NCBI GenBank assembly: GCA_017656425.1
Contig: JACDNV010000006.1
Coordinates: 42,542-106,541 of the forward strand
DNA from: Fidelibacterota bacterium
GTDB taxonomy: Bacteria > Fidelibacterota > UBA2242 > B5-G15
Reading direction: 5' to 3'
Length of the DNA: 64,000 nt
A program made the translations under genes and the position numbers. The notes under the pieces are model-generated. The model did no database searches. It saw nothing but the letters and a program-made list of their open reading frames with translations, and had not been told where the DNA came from. Shown piece after piece: positions 1 to 7,726 of the stretch. Every line of letters begins with the position of its first letter. Positions within the stretch are counted from its first letter, which is position 1.

Positions 1-61
1 AAACCGAATTATTTGTTTTATTTTTGTTTCTGTAAATAATAATTTTTTATGACTTACGGAA

Positions 62-697
62 ATGAAATATTTAGAGTTTAAAAATGCGGTTAGGGAGTTC
101 CCCATAATATCATCCACCCATATTTTTAATATCAATAAGGGCACTCGGACTCTTAAAACCCAGTTAGTCGGATGGCAAAAGAAGGGTTTAGTTATCAAAT
201 TGAAGAGAGGGCTATACATTTTAAATGAGCGGGACAGGAAACATGAACCGTCCAGAATATTCCTTGCCAATGCCCTATATTCACCATCTTATGTGAGTAC
301 AATTTATGCCCTGGGTTACTATGATTTAATTCCTGAAAAGGTGGTTGATGTTACATCAGTTACTACCAAAAAGACTACGAAATTTACAAATCCTTTTGGT
401 ACCTTCATTTATCAGCACTTGAAAACCAATTTATTTTTTGGTTTCAAAGAGATTGAAGATGAAAATGGTTTTCCTGTTCTTATTGCAGAGCCAGAAAAGG
501 CAGTGCTTGATTTCATTTACTTAAATTTACAGGATTTTAAAAGTAAAAATGAGGATGTCTTCAGTCTCTCATACAGGTTCCAAAATTTAGATATACTGAG
601 AAGGAGATACCTTGTTGATTTTGCTAAAAAATACGAAAACAAGGAAATGCTTGATGTAGTAGAAAATTTATTAAGCTTTATGAAAGAAGAGAGATAA
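62..697 (+). CDS. AbiEi-family type IV toxin-antitoxin antitoxin-like protein (N-terminal wHTH)
   Basis: 211 aa. N-terminus has the pattern ...LVGWQKKGLVIKLKRGLYIL typical of AbiEi wHTH. It lies 4 bp upstream of an AbiEii-like nucleotidyltransferase gene. Confidence 0.55.
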   Translation: MKYLEFKNAVREFPIISSTHIFNINKGTRTLKTQLVGWQKKGLVIKLKRGLYILNERDRKHEPSRIFLANALYSPSYVSTIYALGYYDLIPEKVVDVTSVTTKKTTKFTNPFGTFIYQHLKTNLFFGFKEIEDENGFPVLIAEPEKAVLDFIYLNLQDFKSKNEDVFSLSYRFQNLDILRRRYLVDFAKKYENKEMLDVVENLLSFMKEER

Positions 698-700
698 TTT

Positions 701-1513
701 ATGCTTGATTTAATAAAGCGAAGTATCAAAGGCATTCCAGACAGTGAGATGAAAGTTCACATCACCAGAGAATTTTTGCAATTACTTATATTAAAGATTA
801 TTTCCGATAAAGATTATTTTAAGAATCTCGCCTTTGTTGGGGGAACAGCATTGAGATTTCTTTATAGCCTAAGGAGATTTTCAGAAGACCTCGACTTTTC
901 ACTGATTAATAAAGAAGGTTATAAATTTGAGAGTTTTTTGGGAAAAATTACTTATGAATTAGAAAAATATGGCCTTTCTGTAGAGATTAAGAAAAGTGCA
1001 AAAGAACCTGTCCAATCCGCCATGGTTAAATTTAAAGATATTTTGTATCTTTTAGGATTATCCAGGCAAAAGGGCCGAAGACTTTCAATTAAGCTTGAAA
1101 TAGACTCAAATCCACCTGTGGGTTGGAATACAGAGCTTTCTTTAGTGAATAAGCATTTTGTTTTTACAGTCCTACATTTTGATATTCCCTCTCTTTATGC
1201 TACAAAGATTCATGCCTGTTTTTTTAGAAAATACATTAAAGGAAGGGACTTTTATGATCTCATATGGTACTTTGGGAAAAAGGCTATGCCTAATTTTGAG
1301 CTTCTCAATAATGCCATAGAGCAGACAGAAAAAAAGAGAATGGATTTAAATGCGAAAAATTTTAATGATTTTTTAAAAGAAAGATTAATAGGTATCGATT
1401 TTGCAAAAGTAAGGAAAGATGTAGAGAGATTTATAGAGGACAAGAACGAACTCAAATTATTGAACAGGGATGTGATTTTAAAACTTCTGAATAAAGAGTT
1501 GATGAGTTTATGA
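701..1513 (+). CDS. AbiEii/AbiGii-family nucleotidyltransferase toxin
   Basis: 270 aa. Carries the motif FVGGTALRFLYSLRRFSEDLDFSL (GGTAL...RFSEDLDF hallmark of AbiEii/DUF1814) and is coupled to the upstream AbiEi-like gene. Its C-terminal tail ELMSL* is encoded by the first GAGTT repeat array. Confidence 0.75.
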   Translation: MLDLIKRSIKGIPDSEMKVHITREFLQLLILKIISDKDYFKNLAFVGGTALRFLYSLRRFSEDLDFSLINKEGYKFESFLGKITYELEKYGLSVEIKKSAKEPVQSAMVKFKDILYLLGLSRQKGRRLSIKLEIDSNPPVGWNTELSLVNKHFVFTVLHFDIPSLYATKIHACFFRKYIKGRDFYDLIWYFGKKAMPNFELLNNAIEQTEKKRMDLNAKNFNDFLKERLIGIDFAKVRKDVERFIEDKNELKLLNRDVILKLLNKELMSL

Positions 1514-1550
1514 GTTTATGAGTTTAGGAGTTTAGGAGTTAGAGTTGGAG
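1496..1550 (+). repeat. GAGTT-core 7-8-nt tandem micro-repeat array, direct orientation
   Basis: Sequence gagttgat gagtttat gagtttat gagtttag gagtttag gagttag agttggag. It overlaps the AbiEii stop codon and ends 12 bp before the livH start. Confidence 0.9.
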
Positions 1551-1562
1551 TATTAATAAGAG

Positions 1563-2461
1563 ATGATACAACAACTAATAGTGAATGGAATTATTGCAGG
1601 AAGCATTTACGGCTTAGTCGCTATTGGATTCACAATTATTTACCGCACGGTTAAATTTTTTCATTTTGCCCATGGGGTGGTTTATACAATAGGGGCTTAC
1701 CTTGCTTACACTTTTATTAACTCACTAACCCATCAACTCCCAAACTCATTAACTGTTTATATAACCTCTTTTCTTCTATCCGTAATCCTTGCTGCTATTC
1801 TTGGAATCGCTATTGATAGATTAGTCTATTATCCTCTCCGACGGCAGAATGCATCAAATCTGATTTTTCTCCTTGCCTCATTCGGTGTTTTTATCTTTCT
1901 TCAGAATCTGATTCAACTCATATACGGGGCACAAATTCTCACGATTAGAACTGGACCCATAAAAGAGGGACACCATTTCCTTGGTGCAGTGATTACCGAT
2001 ATTCAAATCTTAATACTGGTGGTTTCCATCATTCTTATGATACTGCTCTGGTTCTTTATTCAGAAGACAAAACTAGGTAAGGCAATGAGGGCTGTTTCGG
2101 ATGATCCTTTAGCAGCAAATTTGTCGGTATAAATCCTGAAAAGATAATCATGTCCTCATTTGCTATTGGTTCTGCCCTGGCTGGTGCTGCTGGAATACTT
2201 ATTTCTTTTGAAACCAATATTGAACCCACCATGGGATTTAGTGCTCTTCTGAAAGGTATTATTGCCTCTATTATTGGTGGGATTGGCAGTATCCCTGGAG
2301 CTGTGCTTGGTGGATTCTTTCTTGGACTGGTTGAGAACCTTGGTATCTGGAAGATATCTGCTGGATGGAAGGATTGTATTGCGTTTGTAATACTCATAAT
2401 CTTTCTATTGATAGGACCATGGGGTTTATTGAGTAATAAAACGGAGAAATTGAGTTTGTGA
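1563..2461 (+). CDS. livH: branched-chain amino acid ABC transporter permease LivH, split by an apparent -1 frameshift near 2121-2125
   Basis: Track ORFs 1563..2132 (189 aa) and 2150..2461 (103 aa) together reconstruct one LivH-like permease, DDPLAANL|VGINPEKIIMSSFAIGSALAGAAG. The frames overlap at 2123; restoring one G in 'aatttg(g)tcggt' gives a continuous protein. Contains a 13-aa in-frame insert, SLTHQLPNSLT, encoded by the inverted repeat array. Confidence 0.8.
1718..1756 (-). repeat. GAGTT-core micro-repeat array, inverted orientation, in frame inside the livH N-terminal coding region
   Basis: Plus strand reads ttaactcactaacccatcaactcccaaactcattaactg; the reverse complement is GAGTTTGG GAGTTGATGG GTTAGT GAGTTAA. 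Together with array 1496-1550 it brackets the livH start. Confidence 0.8.
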
Positions 2462-2597
2462 GTTTGGGAGTTTGTGAGTTTGTGAGTTTGTGAGTTTGGG
2501 GGTTTGTGAGTTGGTGAGTTATGGAGTTAGGAGTTAGGAGTTAGGAGTTAGGGAGTTTAGGAGTTTAAGAGTTTAAGAGTTTAGGAGTTAGGGAGTT
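2452..2597 (+). repeat. GAGTT-core 7-8-nt tandem micro-repeat array, about 19 units, direct
   Basis: Units are (GAGTTTGT/GAGTTTGG)x7, then GAGTTAG x4 and GAGTTTAG/GAGTTTAA variants. It begins inside the livH C-terminus (EKLSL*) and ends exactly at the ATG of the four-helix-bundle gene. Confidence 0.95.
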
Positions 2598-3005
2598 ATG
2601 GCGAAAATAGAAAAGTTTGAAGATATTGAGGCCTGGCAAAAGGCAAGAAGTTTAGTTAAAGAAGTTTATAGAGTTTGTGGATTTGAGAGATACAAAAAAG
2701 ATTATAATCTTATTGATCAAACGAGAAGCTCTGCAATTTCAATTATAGCTAACATTGCAGAAGGTTATGCCAGACGAACAAATAAAGAATTTATAAATTT
2801 TCTTGGAATGGCACATGCTTCAGCAGCAGAGCTTCAATCACATCTTTATGTCGCTTTAGATCAGAGGTATATTTCTGATCAGGATTTTAGGATCATTTAT
2901 TCATTAGCAGATCAAGTTTCTAAAATGATCCAGGGCTTTATTACTTACTTGAAAAACTCCCAAACTCCAAAACTCAAGAACTCTCAACTCAAAAGGAAAA
3001 ATTAA
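2598..3005 (+). CDS. four-helix-bundle protein of the '23S rRNA intervening sequence protein' / DGR Avd family (PF05635-like)
   Basis: 135 aa. Residues EDIEAWQKARSLVKEVYRV...RSSAISIIANIAEGYARRTNKEFINFLGMAHASAAELQSHLYVA match the family consensus (W.kA..L....y......e.y.L..Q.rRaa.Si..NIAEG..R....ef..FL..A.gS..El.t.l..a). The C-terminal tail KNSQTPKLKNSQLKRKN is encoded by the inverted repeat array. The stop overlaps the livM ATG (TAATGG). Confidence 0.75.
   Translation: MAKIEKFEDIEAWQKARSLVKEVYRVCGFERYKKDYNLIDQTRSSAISIIANIAEGYARRTNKEFINFLGMAHASAAELQSHLYVALDQRYISDQDFRIIYSLADQVSKMIQGFITYLKNSQTPKLKNSQLKRKN
2953..2993 (-). repeat. GAGTT-core micro-repeat array, inverted orientation
   Basis: Plus strand reads aaaactcccaaactccaaaactcaagaactctcaactcaaa; the reverse complement is GAGTTGA GAGTTCTT GAGTTTTG GAGTTTGG GAGTTTT. 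This is the inverted partner of array 2452-2597 on the other side of the four-helix-bundle ORF. Confidence 0.85.
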
Positions 3006-3874
3006 TGGAACATTTACTTCATATATTAGTAATCGCTGGAATATACATCATCTTGACTCTGAGCCTTAATCTCATTGTTGGATATACAGGACTGCCTGCA
3101 CTGGGTCATGCAGCCTTTTCCTGCATTGGTGCGTATACGTCGAGTCTGCTTGCGCTGTATATTGGGGTATCCCCATGGATAGGATTATTGATAGGGGGAT
3201 GTTTGGCAGCTCTGTCAGGCATTATAATAGGATATCCTGCAGTACGATTAAAAGGGGATTATCTTGCTCTGGCAACATTCGGGATGGGAGTTATTGTTTA
3301 CTCCATCGCTAAGAACTGGGTATCCCTTACAAGGGGTCCAATGGGACTTCCCGGAATCCCCGGGTTTTCTATTTTTGGTATCCAGCTATCAGAGATATGG
3401 TCTTACCTGCTTCTGGTTTCGGTTTTTGTGGCAATTACCATATTTGTTATTAACAGGATAGTAAATTCTCCATTTGGCAGGATACTTCGGTCTATCAGAG
3501 AGGACGAAATTGCCTCAGAGGCTTTAGGAAAAAATACAACCAAATATAAACTCCTGGTTTTTATTATCGGAGCATTCTTTGCTGGTATTGCTGGAAGCCT
3601 TTATGCTCACTACATAACCTTTATTGACCCTTCAAGCTTCACTGTTATGGAATCCATAACCATTCTTCTTATGGTTATCTTTGGAGGAATGGGGAGCATA
3701 TCAGGTTCTATAGTGGGAGCAGTGGTTTTGGTAGTATTTCCTGAACTTTTGAGATTTCTTGGAATGCCGTCTTCAATCGCAGCGCCTATGAGGCAAATGA
3801 TATATGGATTGTTGCTCGTATCTCTTATGCTTAAAAGACCTCAGGGAATAATGGGGGTTTATAAGTTTAAGTAA
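3005..3874 (+). CDS. livM: branched-chain amino acid ABC transporter permease LivM
   Basis: 289 aa polytopic permease with LivM-like sequence (…NLIVGYTGLPALGHAAF…GYPAVRLKGDYLALATFG…), located between livH and livG. Confidence 0.85.
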   Translation: MEHLLHILVIAGIYIILTLSLNLIVGYTGLPALGHAAFSCIGAYTSSLLALYIGVSPWIGLLIGGCLAALSGIIIGYPAVRLKGDYLALATFGMGVIVYSIAKNWVSLTRGPMGLPGIPGFSIFGIQLSEIWSYLLLVSVFVAITIFVINRIVNSPFGRILRSIREDEIASEALGKNTTKYKLLVFIIGAFFAGIAGSLYAHYITFIDPSSFTVMESITILLMVIFGGMGSISGSIVGAVVLVVFPELLRFLGMPSSIAAPMRQMIYGLLLVSLMLKRPQGIMGVYKFK

Positions 3875-3910
3875 GTTTTTGAATTTATGAGTTAATGAGT
3901 GATGAGTTAT
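3863..3910 (+). repeat. degenerate GAGTT/AAGTT micro-repeat array, direct
   Basis: Sequence aagtttaagtaagtttttgaatttat gagttaat gagtgat gagttat. It spans the livM stop and the livG start. Confidence 0.6.
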
Positions 3911-4708
3911 ATTTTGCGAATAAAAAATCTTGTTAAGGAGTTTGATGGATTAAGGGCGGTAGATGACCTATCCTTTGATATTAAGAGAAATACTATCACT
4001 GCATTGATTGGACCGAATGGTTCAGGTAAGACCACTGTGTTTAACATAATAAGCGGTTTCTTAAAGCCAGAAGGAGGCAAGGTTATTTTTCAACTCAATA
4101 ACTCATCAACTCATGAACTCACAAAACTTAGTCCTTATAGAATAGCCAGACTGGGTATTTCGCGGACATTTCAGAATATCAGATTATTCCCCCAGATTAC
4201 GGTAATGGAAAATATGTTACTTTCGACCAGATATGAGAAGGGTGAAGGACTCATACCTGCACTTCTCCAGTCAAAGATCATGAAGGATGAGGAACGGAGA
4301 AATAGAGAAAAGGACATGGGATATCTTGAATTGGTAGGTCTTACTGATAAGAAAGATGAGCTTGCACAAAATCTATCGCATGGACAGAGAAGATTGCTTG
4401 AGTTAGCACGGGCACTGGCAACAGAAGCAGAACTCTTTTTACTGGATGAACCGACAGCAGGTGTCTTCCCAAATATGAGAATTAAGATTCTGGATGTGCT
4501 TGAGAAATTAAAAACCAAAGGCAAGACTATCCTACTCATTGAGCATGATATGAAGGTAGTGACAGGGATTTCCGATAATGTAATTGTGTTGAATTACGGT
4601 CAAAAGATTGCTGAAGGGCCTCCAGAGGTGGTAACCAGAGATGAGAGGGTTATAGAAGCCTATCTTGGCAAGAAAAGGAGTTCGGGAGTTGGAGAGTTCA
4701 GGAGTTGA
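3899..4708 (+). CDS. livG: branched-chain amino acid ABC transporter ATP-binding protein LivG
   Basis: Walker [10 protein letters not shown], signature [15 protein letters not shown], Walker [10 protein letters not shown]. 3899 is a GTG start; the first ATG is at 3902. Carries an in-frame repeat-encoded insert [17 protein letters not shown] before the conserved RIARLGI. The C-terminal tail GVGEFRS* is also repeat-encoded. Confidence 0.85.
   Translation: MMSYILRIKNLVKEFDGLRAVDDLSFDIKRNTITALIGPNGSGKTTVFNIISGFLKPEGGKVIFQLNNSSTHELTKLSPYRIARLGISRTFQNIRLFPQITVMENMLLSTRYEKGEGLIPALLQSKIMKDEERRNREKDMGYLELVGLTDKKDELAQNLSHGQRRLLELARALATEAELFLLDEPTAGVFPNMRIKILDVLEKLKTKGKTILLIEHDMKVVTGISDNVIVLNYGQKIAEGPPEVVTRDERVIEAYLGKKRSSGVGEFRS
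4091..4128 (-). repeat. GAGTT-core micro-repeat array, inverted, in frame inside livG
   Basis: Plus strand reads caactcaataactcatcaactcatgaactcacaaaact; the reverse complement is GAGTTCATGAGTTGATGAGTTATTGAGTTG. Confidence 0.8.
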
Positions 4709-4714
4709 GGAGTT
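4677..4714 (+). repeat. GAGTT-core micro-repeat array, direct
   Basis: Sequence ggagttcg ggagttg gagagttca ggagttga ggagtt, overlapping the livG stop 6 bp before the livF ATG. Confidence 0.85.
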
Positions 4715-4719
4715 AAAAA

Positions 4720-5496
4720 ATGAACTATAATCAAAAAAAATTTGATAATAAATTTCTAACTCAAAAACTCACTAACTCAAAAACACATTTAACTCTTTTA
4801 GAAGTAAAAAACTTAACAGTACATTACGGCTCTGTCCTCGCTCTGGATGATATTTCTCTCTCTGTCAATGGGGGAGAAATTGTGGCAATGATAGGTCCGA
4901 ATGGTGCTGGAAAATCTACAGCTTTAAAGGCAATTTGTGGTCTTGTAAAATCCACATCAGGAGAAATCTTATTTCAGGGAGAAGATATAAATGGCAATCA
5001 GCCATATCAACTGGTTGAGAAAGGATTATGCCTTGTGCCAGAAGGAAGACGAGTTTTTACTTCAATGACTGTTTTAGAGAATTTGGAGATGGGAGCTTAT
5101 ACCAGAAATGATAAAAATATTCAGGAAGATATTGATAGAGTATTTACTTTATTTCCTGTTCTCAAGAAAAGACAGAAACAGAGAGCAGGAACATTGAGTA
5201 GTGGAGAACAACAGATGCTTGCTATTGGCAGGGCACTGATGCTAAAACCAAAACTGCTTTTATTAGATGAACCATCACTGGGACTTTCTCCAAATTATAT
5301 GGAAACTGTATTTGAAAAGATAAAAGAAATTAACAAAGAGGGAACTATAATTCTCCTCGTGGAGCAGAATGCCAGGATGGCTCTGGAATATGCTGATAGA
5401 GGCTATGTATTTAAAATAGGCAAAATTGCTTTTGAGGATAATGCAAAAAACCTCCTTGAAAATGATGAAATTAAACAGTCATTTTTAGGAGGATAA
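4720..5496 (+). CDS. livF: branched-chain amino acid ABC transporter ATP-binding protein LivF
   Basis: Walker A GPNGAGKST, signature LSSGEQQMLAIGRAL, Walker B LLLDEPSLG, plus the canonical LLEVKNLTVHYG start motif. An unusual 27-aa N-terminal extension contains repeat-encoded LTQKLTNSKTHLTL. Confidence 0.85.
   Translation: MNYNQKKFDNKFLTQKLTNSKTHLTLLEVKNLTVHYGSVLALDDISLSVNGGEIVAMIGPNGAGKSTALKAICGLVKSTSGEILFQGEDINGNQPYQLVEKGLCLVPEGRRVFTSMTVLENLEMGAYTRNDKNIQEDIDRVFTLFPVLKKRQKQRAGTLSSGEQQMLAIGRALMLKPKLLLLDEPSLGLSPNYMETVFEKIKEINKEGTIILLVEQNARMALEYADRGYVFKIGKIAFEDNAKNLLENDEIKQSFLGG
4757..4795 (-). repeat. GAGTT-core micro-repeat array, inverted, inside the livF N-terminal extension
   Basis: Plus strand reads ctaactcaaaaactcactaactcaaaaacacatttaactc; the reverse complement contains GAGTTAG GAGTTTTT GAGTTAG. 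Paired with 4677-4714 around the livF start codon. Confidence 0.8.
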
Positions 5497-5622
5497 ATTA
5501 AGAAAAATATTTATCATACTTTTAAAAAGTAAAGGGAATAGAAAGACACCATAAACTTGTAGATTCAAGTATATAACCAAGGACATTTATATAAATTTTA
5601 GTAAGAAGTAGGTGTAGAGGTT

Positions 5623-5874
5623 TTATCTATTATAATTGAAATAGAATTGGTAGGATGAAGCTTTAACAAGGAAATCTTTTACTGAGCTGAATGATTCTAT
5701 GCAGTAGAATTCGTCTTCGATTAATCTGTGAGAGGATTCTACATTGGCATTAGCATTGGGGTAATGTGTCCGTAGGATCCCTAATCGGGATAGGTTATGT
5801 TTTTTACTTATCTTTGATTCTTTTCCCAAAAATCTCACAGAGAATAGCCAGTCAATGGGGTATGGTCTTATCAC
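5623..5874 (-). pseudogene. C-terminal remnant of a DDE (rve-type, IS3/IS481-like) transposase/integrase
   Basis: Only 83 aa, starting at a GTG. The sequence ...LRTHYPNANANVESSHRLIEDEFY...SFSSVKDFLVKASSYQFYFNYNR resembles the end of the rve core domain (R.h.P..NG.vER.hRtlkeEf....F.s..el...l..y..YN..RPH). There is no N-terminal catalytic region. Confidence 0.45.
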
Positions 5875-6094
5875 TCATTACCCTCAATTTAATCAATTCT
5901 ATTGTACCATTATATGCATGAAATTTTCAGAAAATGGATAAAAAATATTTTGATTTTTGAAGTATTTTTTATTATACTTAAAAAGTAACATAAGAGAAGT
6001 AAATGCGTCAGGTTCATGTTCATAAGGGTAATTCGGGCGGAATTAGGGATTATTTTTTGTATGATCCTTTTCTAACAAATAATAATGAGAAAAT

Positions 6095-6484
6095 GTGATT
6101 AAATTTATGAATAATAAACAGTTAACAATTAACGAGCGAAATGAATTAGGTAGCCATGAAGAGCAACTTTTGCTTTTTTCATTAGTACCCCCTAATTTTA
6201 TGTTAGCCGATCGAAATAGTGGAGGATATGATATGAAAAGATGTTATGAATTGAAGAATTGTGGAATGGACAAGAAGTCCCCAGAAGAAGGTAGTTGTCC
6301 AGCCTATGCATCAAGTACAGATTGCTGGTACTATGACTGGGAATCCTTCTGGAAAGAGATGGCAGATGGTCCAGAAAAGGAAGAAGGAAAGAAGGGAATG
6401 TTAGCTGACTGCTCTTCTTGTCCGGTGAGAGAAGTACACAAAGAGGAAGTGGATCTGTTCATGTCAAAGGTTCGTCAAGTGTAG
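6095..6484 (+). CDS. hypothetical Cys-rich small protein (six Cys, possible metal-binding)
   Basis: 129 aa with spacing C-x5-C-x11-C-x8-C ... C-x2-C. No recognised family. It is the first ORF of the island. Confidence 0.3.
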   Translation: MIKFMNNKQLTINERNELGSHEEQLLLFSLVPPNFMLADRNSGGYDMKRCYELKNCGMDKKSPEEGSCPAYASSTDCWYYDWESFWKEMADGPEKEEGKKGMLADCSSCPVREVHKEEVDLFMSKVRQV

Positions 6485-6613
6485 AGTGGTTGATCTGAAT
6501 GTACCGAAGAGTAGCAAATGACGGCTAACAACGCCATGCACCCTGACGCGAATTCCGCTGCGCTCCATTCCCGCCGGTGATGGCGACATTATGTTGCTAC
6601 GTGTAGCTGATAG

Positions 6614-7075
6614 GTGCGAGAGAAAATGAAGAGGATGTTGTGGATTCCAATCGCCTACATGGCAGTTTTCGGCGTATTGCTGCTTATTGCCTGGCCCCAT
6701 CTTGATGCCACGGGAACCATCGGTGTGGTAAGCGTACTCGGAGGCGGCTTAGCCGGCGTGGTCGGCGCATTCGTTGGTGCGGTGGTCGCCCTGCAACGGA
6801 TAGAAAAGGAGAGCCAGACCAAGATCAAAGAATCTGCCGCCTCCCAAGCCCTGGAGCTCACGAAACTCGAGATTGGCCTACGATTGAAGGAGGGCAAGCA
6901 ACACCAACTCTTGGCAGCCGCCAAGATCTATCGTGAATTCTACAAGGCTCTCTTCAAACTCTATGACACTAAGAGGTGGCCTAAGGAAATTGAACAGCAA
7001 GGGCTCATCAACATTTACGACTTCGGCGGAGGTCATCCATCTGATGCGAAAGGTCAAGACGAAGAGGCCACATAA
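6614..7075 (+). CDS. hypothetical membrane-anchored coiled-coil protein encoded in a GC-rich foreign block
   Basis: 153 aa with an N-terminal TM helix, a Gly/Ala-rich second helix and a charged helical tail. Its GC content is much higher than the flanking DNA. Confidence 0.4.
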   Translation: MREKMKRMLWIPIAYMAVFGVLLLIAWPHLDATGTIGVVSVLGGGLAGVVGAFVGAVVALQRIEKESQTKIKESAASQALELTKLEIGLRLKEGKQHQLLAAAKIYREFYKALFKLYDTKRWPKEIEQQGLINIYDFGGGHPSDAKGQDEEAT

Positions 7076-7159
7076 CAATTCACTCCAGCCGACCGCTCGG
7101 CTTAGCCTCGCGGCGACTGAGTTAGAGCGTTATGTAAATTATTACAGAAGGAGTTAAAG

Positions 7160-7717
7160 ATGCCAATATATGAAGATTTAAAAAATGAATTACAAGAAAT
7201 TTCAGAAATATTATCTAAATTTCCTGAATCTATCCAACCTAAAGTTTTTGATATTTTAATAAACAATTTTCTAGGTCGAACAGGAAGTGAAAAAATGAAC
7301 AAAAAAGAAAATGATATAGACAAAAAAACAAAAGATAAAAAAGGTTCTAAACGGAAAATATCTTCAAAAGAAACCTTCACAATAGTTAAGGATTTAAATT
7401 TAATGGGACCAAAAGATAAACCAACTTTTAAAGATTTTTATGGTGGAAAAAAACCAAAATCAAATATAGAATTTAATGTAGTTTCGATTTACTATTTAAA
7501 AAAGATACTTAATATAGAAAAGGTAAATCTTAATCATATTTATACTTGCTATAAAGAAGTGGGAAGGAAAATTCCGAGCAATTTAAAGCAGAGCATATAT
7601 GATACTTCAGGTCCCAAATACGGTTACATTGATGCGAGTAATTCAAATGATCTAAAATTACCCACTACTGGCGAGAACCTCGTTGAGCATGAACTGCCTC
7701 GAAAAAAGAAAAAATAG
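7160..7717 (+). CDS. hypothetical Lys-rich protein
   Basis: 185 aa with good SD (aaggagttaaagATG) and an AT-rich, K-rich sequence. No recognisable motif. Confidence 0.35.
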   Translation: MPIYEDLKNELQEISEILSKFPESIQPKVFDILINNFLGRTGSEKMNKKENDIDKKTKDKKGSKRKISSKETFTIVKDLNLMGPKDKPTFKDFYGGKKPKSNIEFNVVSIYYLKKILNIEKVNLNHIYTCYKEVGRKIPSNLKQSIYDTSGPKYGYIDASNSNDLKLPTTGENLVEHELPRKKKK

Positions 7718-7726
7718 GATATTAAA

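Noticed and set aside
2452-2597. Possible CRISPR array, given the highly regular short repeats
   Set aside because: Units are only 7-8 nt and are contiguous with no spacers. No cas genes are nearby. The arrays run in frame through coding sequence. This is a micro-satellite-like array, not CRISPR.
2598-3005. Diversity-generating retroelement, because the four-helix-bundle protein family includes DGR Avd
   Set aside because: No reverse transcriptase gene and no template-repeat/variable-repeat pair are present anywhere in the 64-kb window.
3264-3461. 65-aa ORF inside livM, plus many 60-120-aa antisense ORFs inside the TonB-dependent receptor, GH51 and GH9-like genes (e.g. 30244-31475, 35759-36151, 55657-56106)
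   Set aside because: They are fully embedded in, or antisense to, strongly supported long genes. They lack RBSs and have low-complexity translations, so they are spurious.
4720-4800. livF N-terminal 27-aa extension as a real signal or regulatory peptide
   Set aside because: The segment is encoded by the inverted repeat array and has no hydrophobic core. The conserved LivF start motif LLEVKNL follows directly. It is more likely repeat-derived leader sequence, but no alternative in-frame start codon could be identified, so the ATG at 4720 is kept.
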